Both the position numbers and the translations under genes were made by a program. The notes beneath the pieces were generated by a model. The model saw nothing but the letters and a program-made list of their open reading frames with translations, ran no database searches and was not told the origin of the DNA. From IMG/VR virus record IMGVR_UViG_3300008116_000137, positions 1-58,132 of that record: a DNA stretch of 58,132 nt; one strand, 5' to 3'. Source of the stretch: a virus. Taxonomy: Duplodnaviria > Caudoviricetes. Of the stretch, positions 57,510 to 58,132 are shown one piece after another (within the stretch, counting starts at the first letter, position 1; each line of letters begins with the position of its first letter).

Positions 57510-57895
57510 ATGGGAAAAACTAAAACATTATATCAATGCTGACATTTCACATGCGGTTCATTACTCACATGATAAGTTGTTTGAACATAATGTTTCACTA
57601 CGGTATAAGAAATATATGGAAGACCTAGAGAAAGAGGAGCAGGAGTATCTTGCTTCTAAGATAGAAAAAGCAAAAGAAATTCATAAAGAAATGATGAACG
57701 ACTTACAGGGACTATCATGAAATATATGAGAGTCTTGGATAAAACAATTAAGATCAATAATTCAATGCAACCTGAAATGATTCTAACTATAGCATTTCCA
57801 TTAGAATTAGTTGATAAATCAAGAGAACTTTCTCCAGAAGAATTTTTAAAAACAATCAATAAAGCAATAGCAGACTATGATAAGGAACACGAGCA

Positions 57896-58132
57896 ATGAA
57901 ATACCAAGCACCAATAGATTCAACACTATTTCTTCTTCGTGATGTTCTAGGTTTCAATAATGAAAACACAGAAGCAATCCTAACAGAAGCAGCCAAACTA
58001 TGTGAAGATGTTATTGCGCCAACTAATCAGGAAGGTGATAAGGTTGGTTGCACCATTTGTCATTTTATTGATCACAATTATGCTGTGACTGTTCCTTCTT
58101 GTTTTCACGAACCTTGGAAGCAGTTCACAGAA
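57896..58132 (+). CDS. Acyl-CoA dehydrogenase, N-terminal part (runs off the window)
   Basis: MKYQAPIDSTLFLLRDVLG..AILTEAAKLCEDVIAPTNQEGDKVGC..VTVP..F...W..F matches the acyl-CoA DH N-terminal domain. Confidence 0.8.
   Translation, partial: MKYQAPIDSTLFLLRDVLGFNNENTEAILTEAAKLCEDVIAPTNQEGDKVGCTICHFIDHNYAVTVPSCFHEPWKQFTE

Noticed and set aside
1-58132. Alternative genetic code (stop-codon reassignment)
   Set aside because: Core genes translate full-length in code 11, TAA/TAG/TGA all serve as stops, and no suppressor tRNA is seen

Overview
A 58-kb segment of a large, AT-rich, T4-like myophage. Its host is almost certainly an alphaproteobacterial methanotroph (Methylocystis/Methylosinus type), because it carries an intact stand-alone pmoC. 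Layout: (1) 1-16.3 kb, virion morphogenesis core (gp13-gp23, gp3) with T4 late promoters (TATAAATA). (2) 16.4-28.3 kb, recombination/replication/late-transcription core (uvsY, uvsW, gp55, gp47/46, gp45/44/62, regA), plus peptide deformylase, a MazG-like gene and a frameshifted DenV/PDG-like gene. (3) 28.3-29.9 kb, a small minus-strand island with RHH and winged-HTH genes. (4) 30.5-50.6 kb, a hyperplastic early region of small ORFs with many TTGACA promoters, interrupted by a repeat-rich non-coding block (42.6-43.85 kb) and a short cassette (43.9-46.2 kb). (5) 50.6-58.1 kb, pmoC, a tRNA/ncRNA cluster, RlpA-like and spanin-like genes, amidinotransferase, Bfd-like ferredoxin, thermonuclease and the start of an acyl-CoA dehydrogenase. 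The least explained signal is the 42.6-43.85 kb block. It holds four perfect alphaproteobacterial LexA boxes (GTTC-N7-GTTC), an IHF consensus site, a 27-bp repeat array of orphan TTGACA hexamers and about 26 GTNNAC sites. It lies just upstream of three consecutive early genes whose proteins all end in Ala-Ala, a ClpXP-type degron. Also notable: an unannotated ArfA-like ribosome-rescue peptide, a family of RMF-like peptides, polar ACCTT arrays and a G5AG7 tract next to a terminator. All calls come from reading the sequence; no searches were run.
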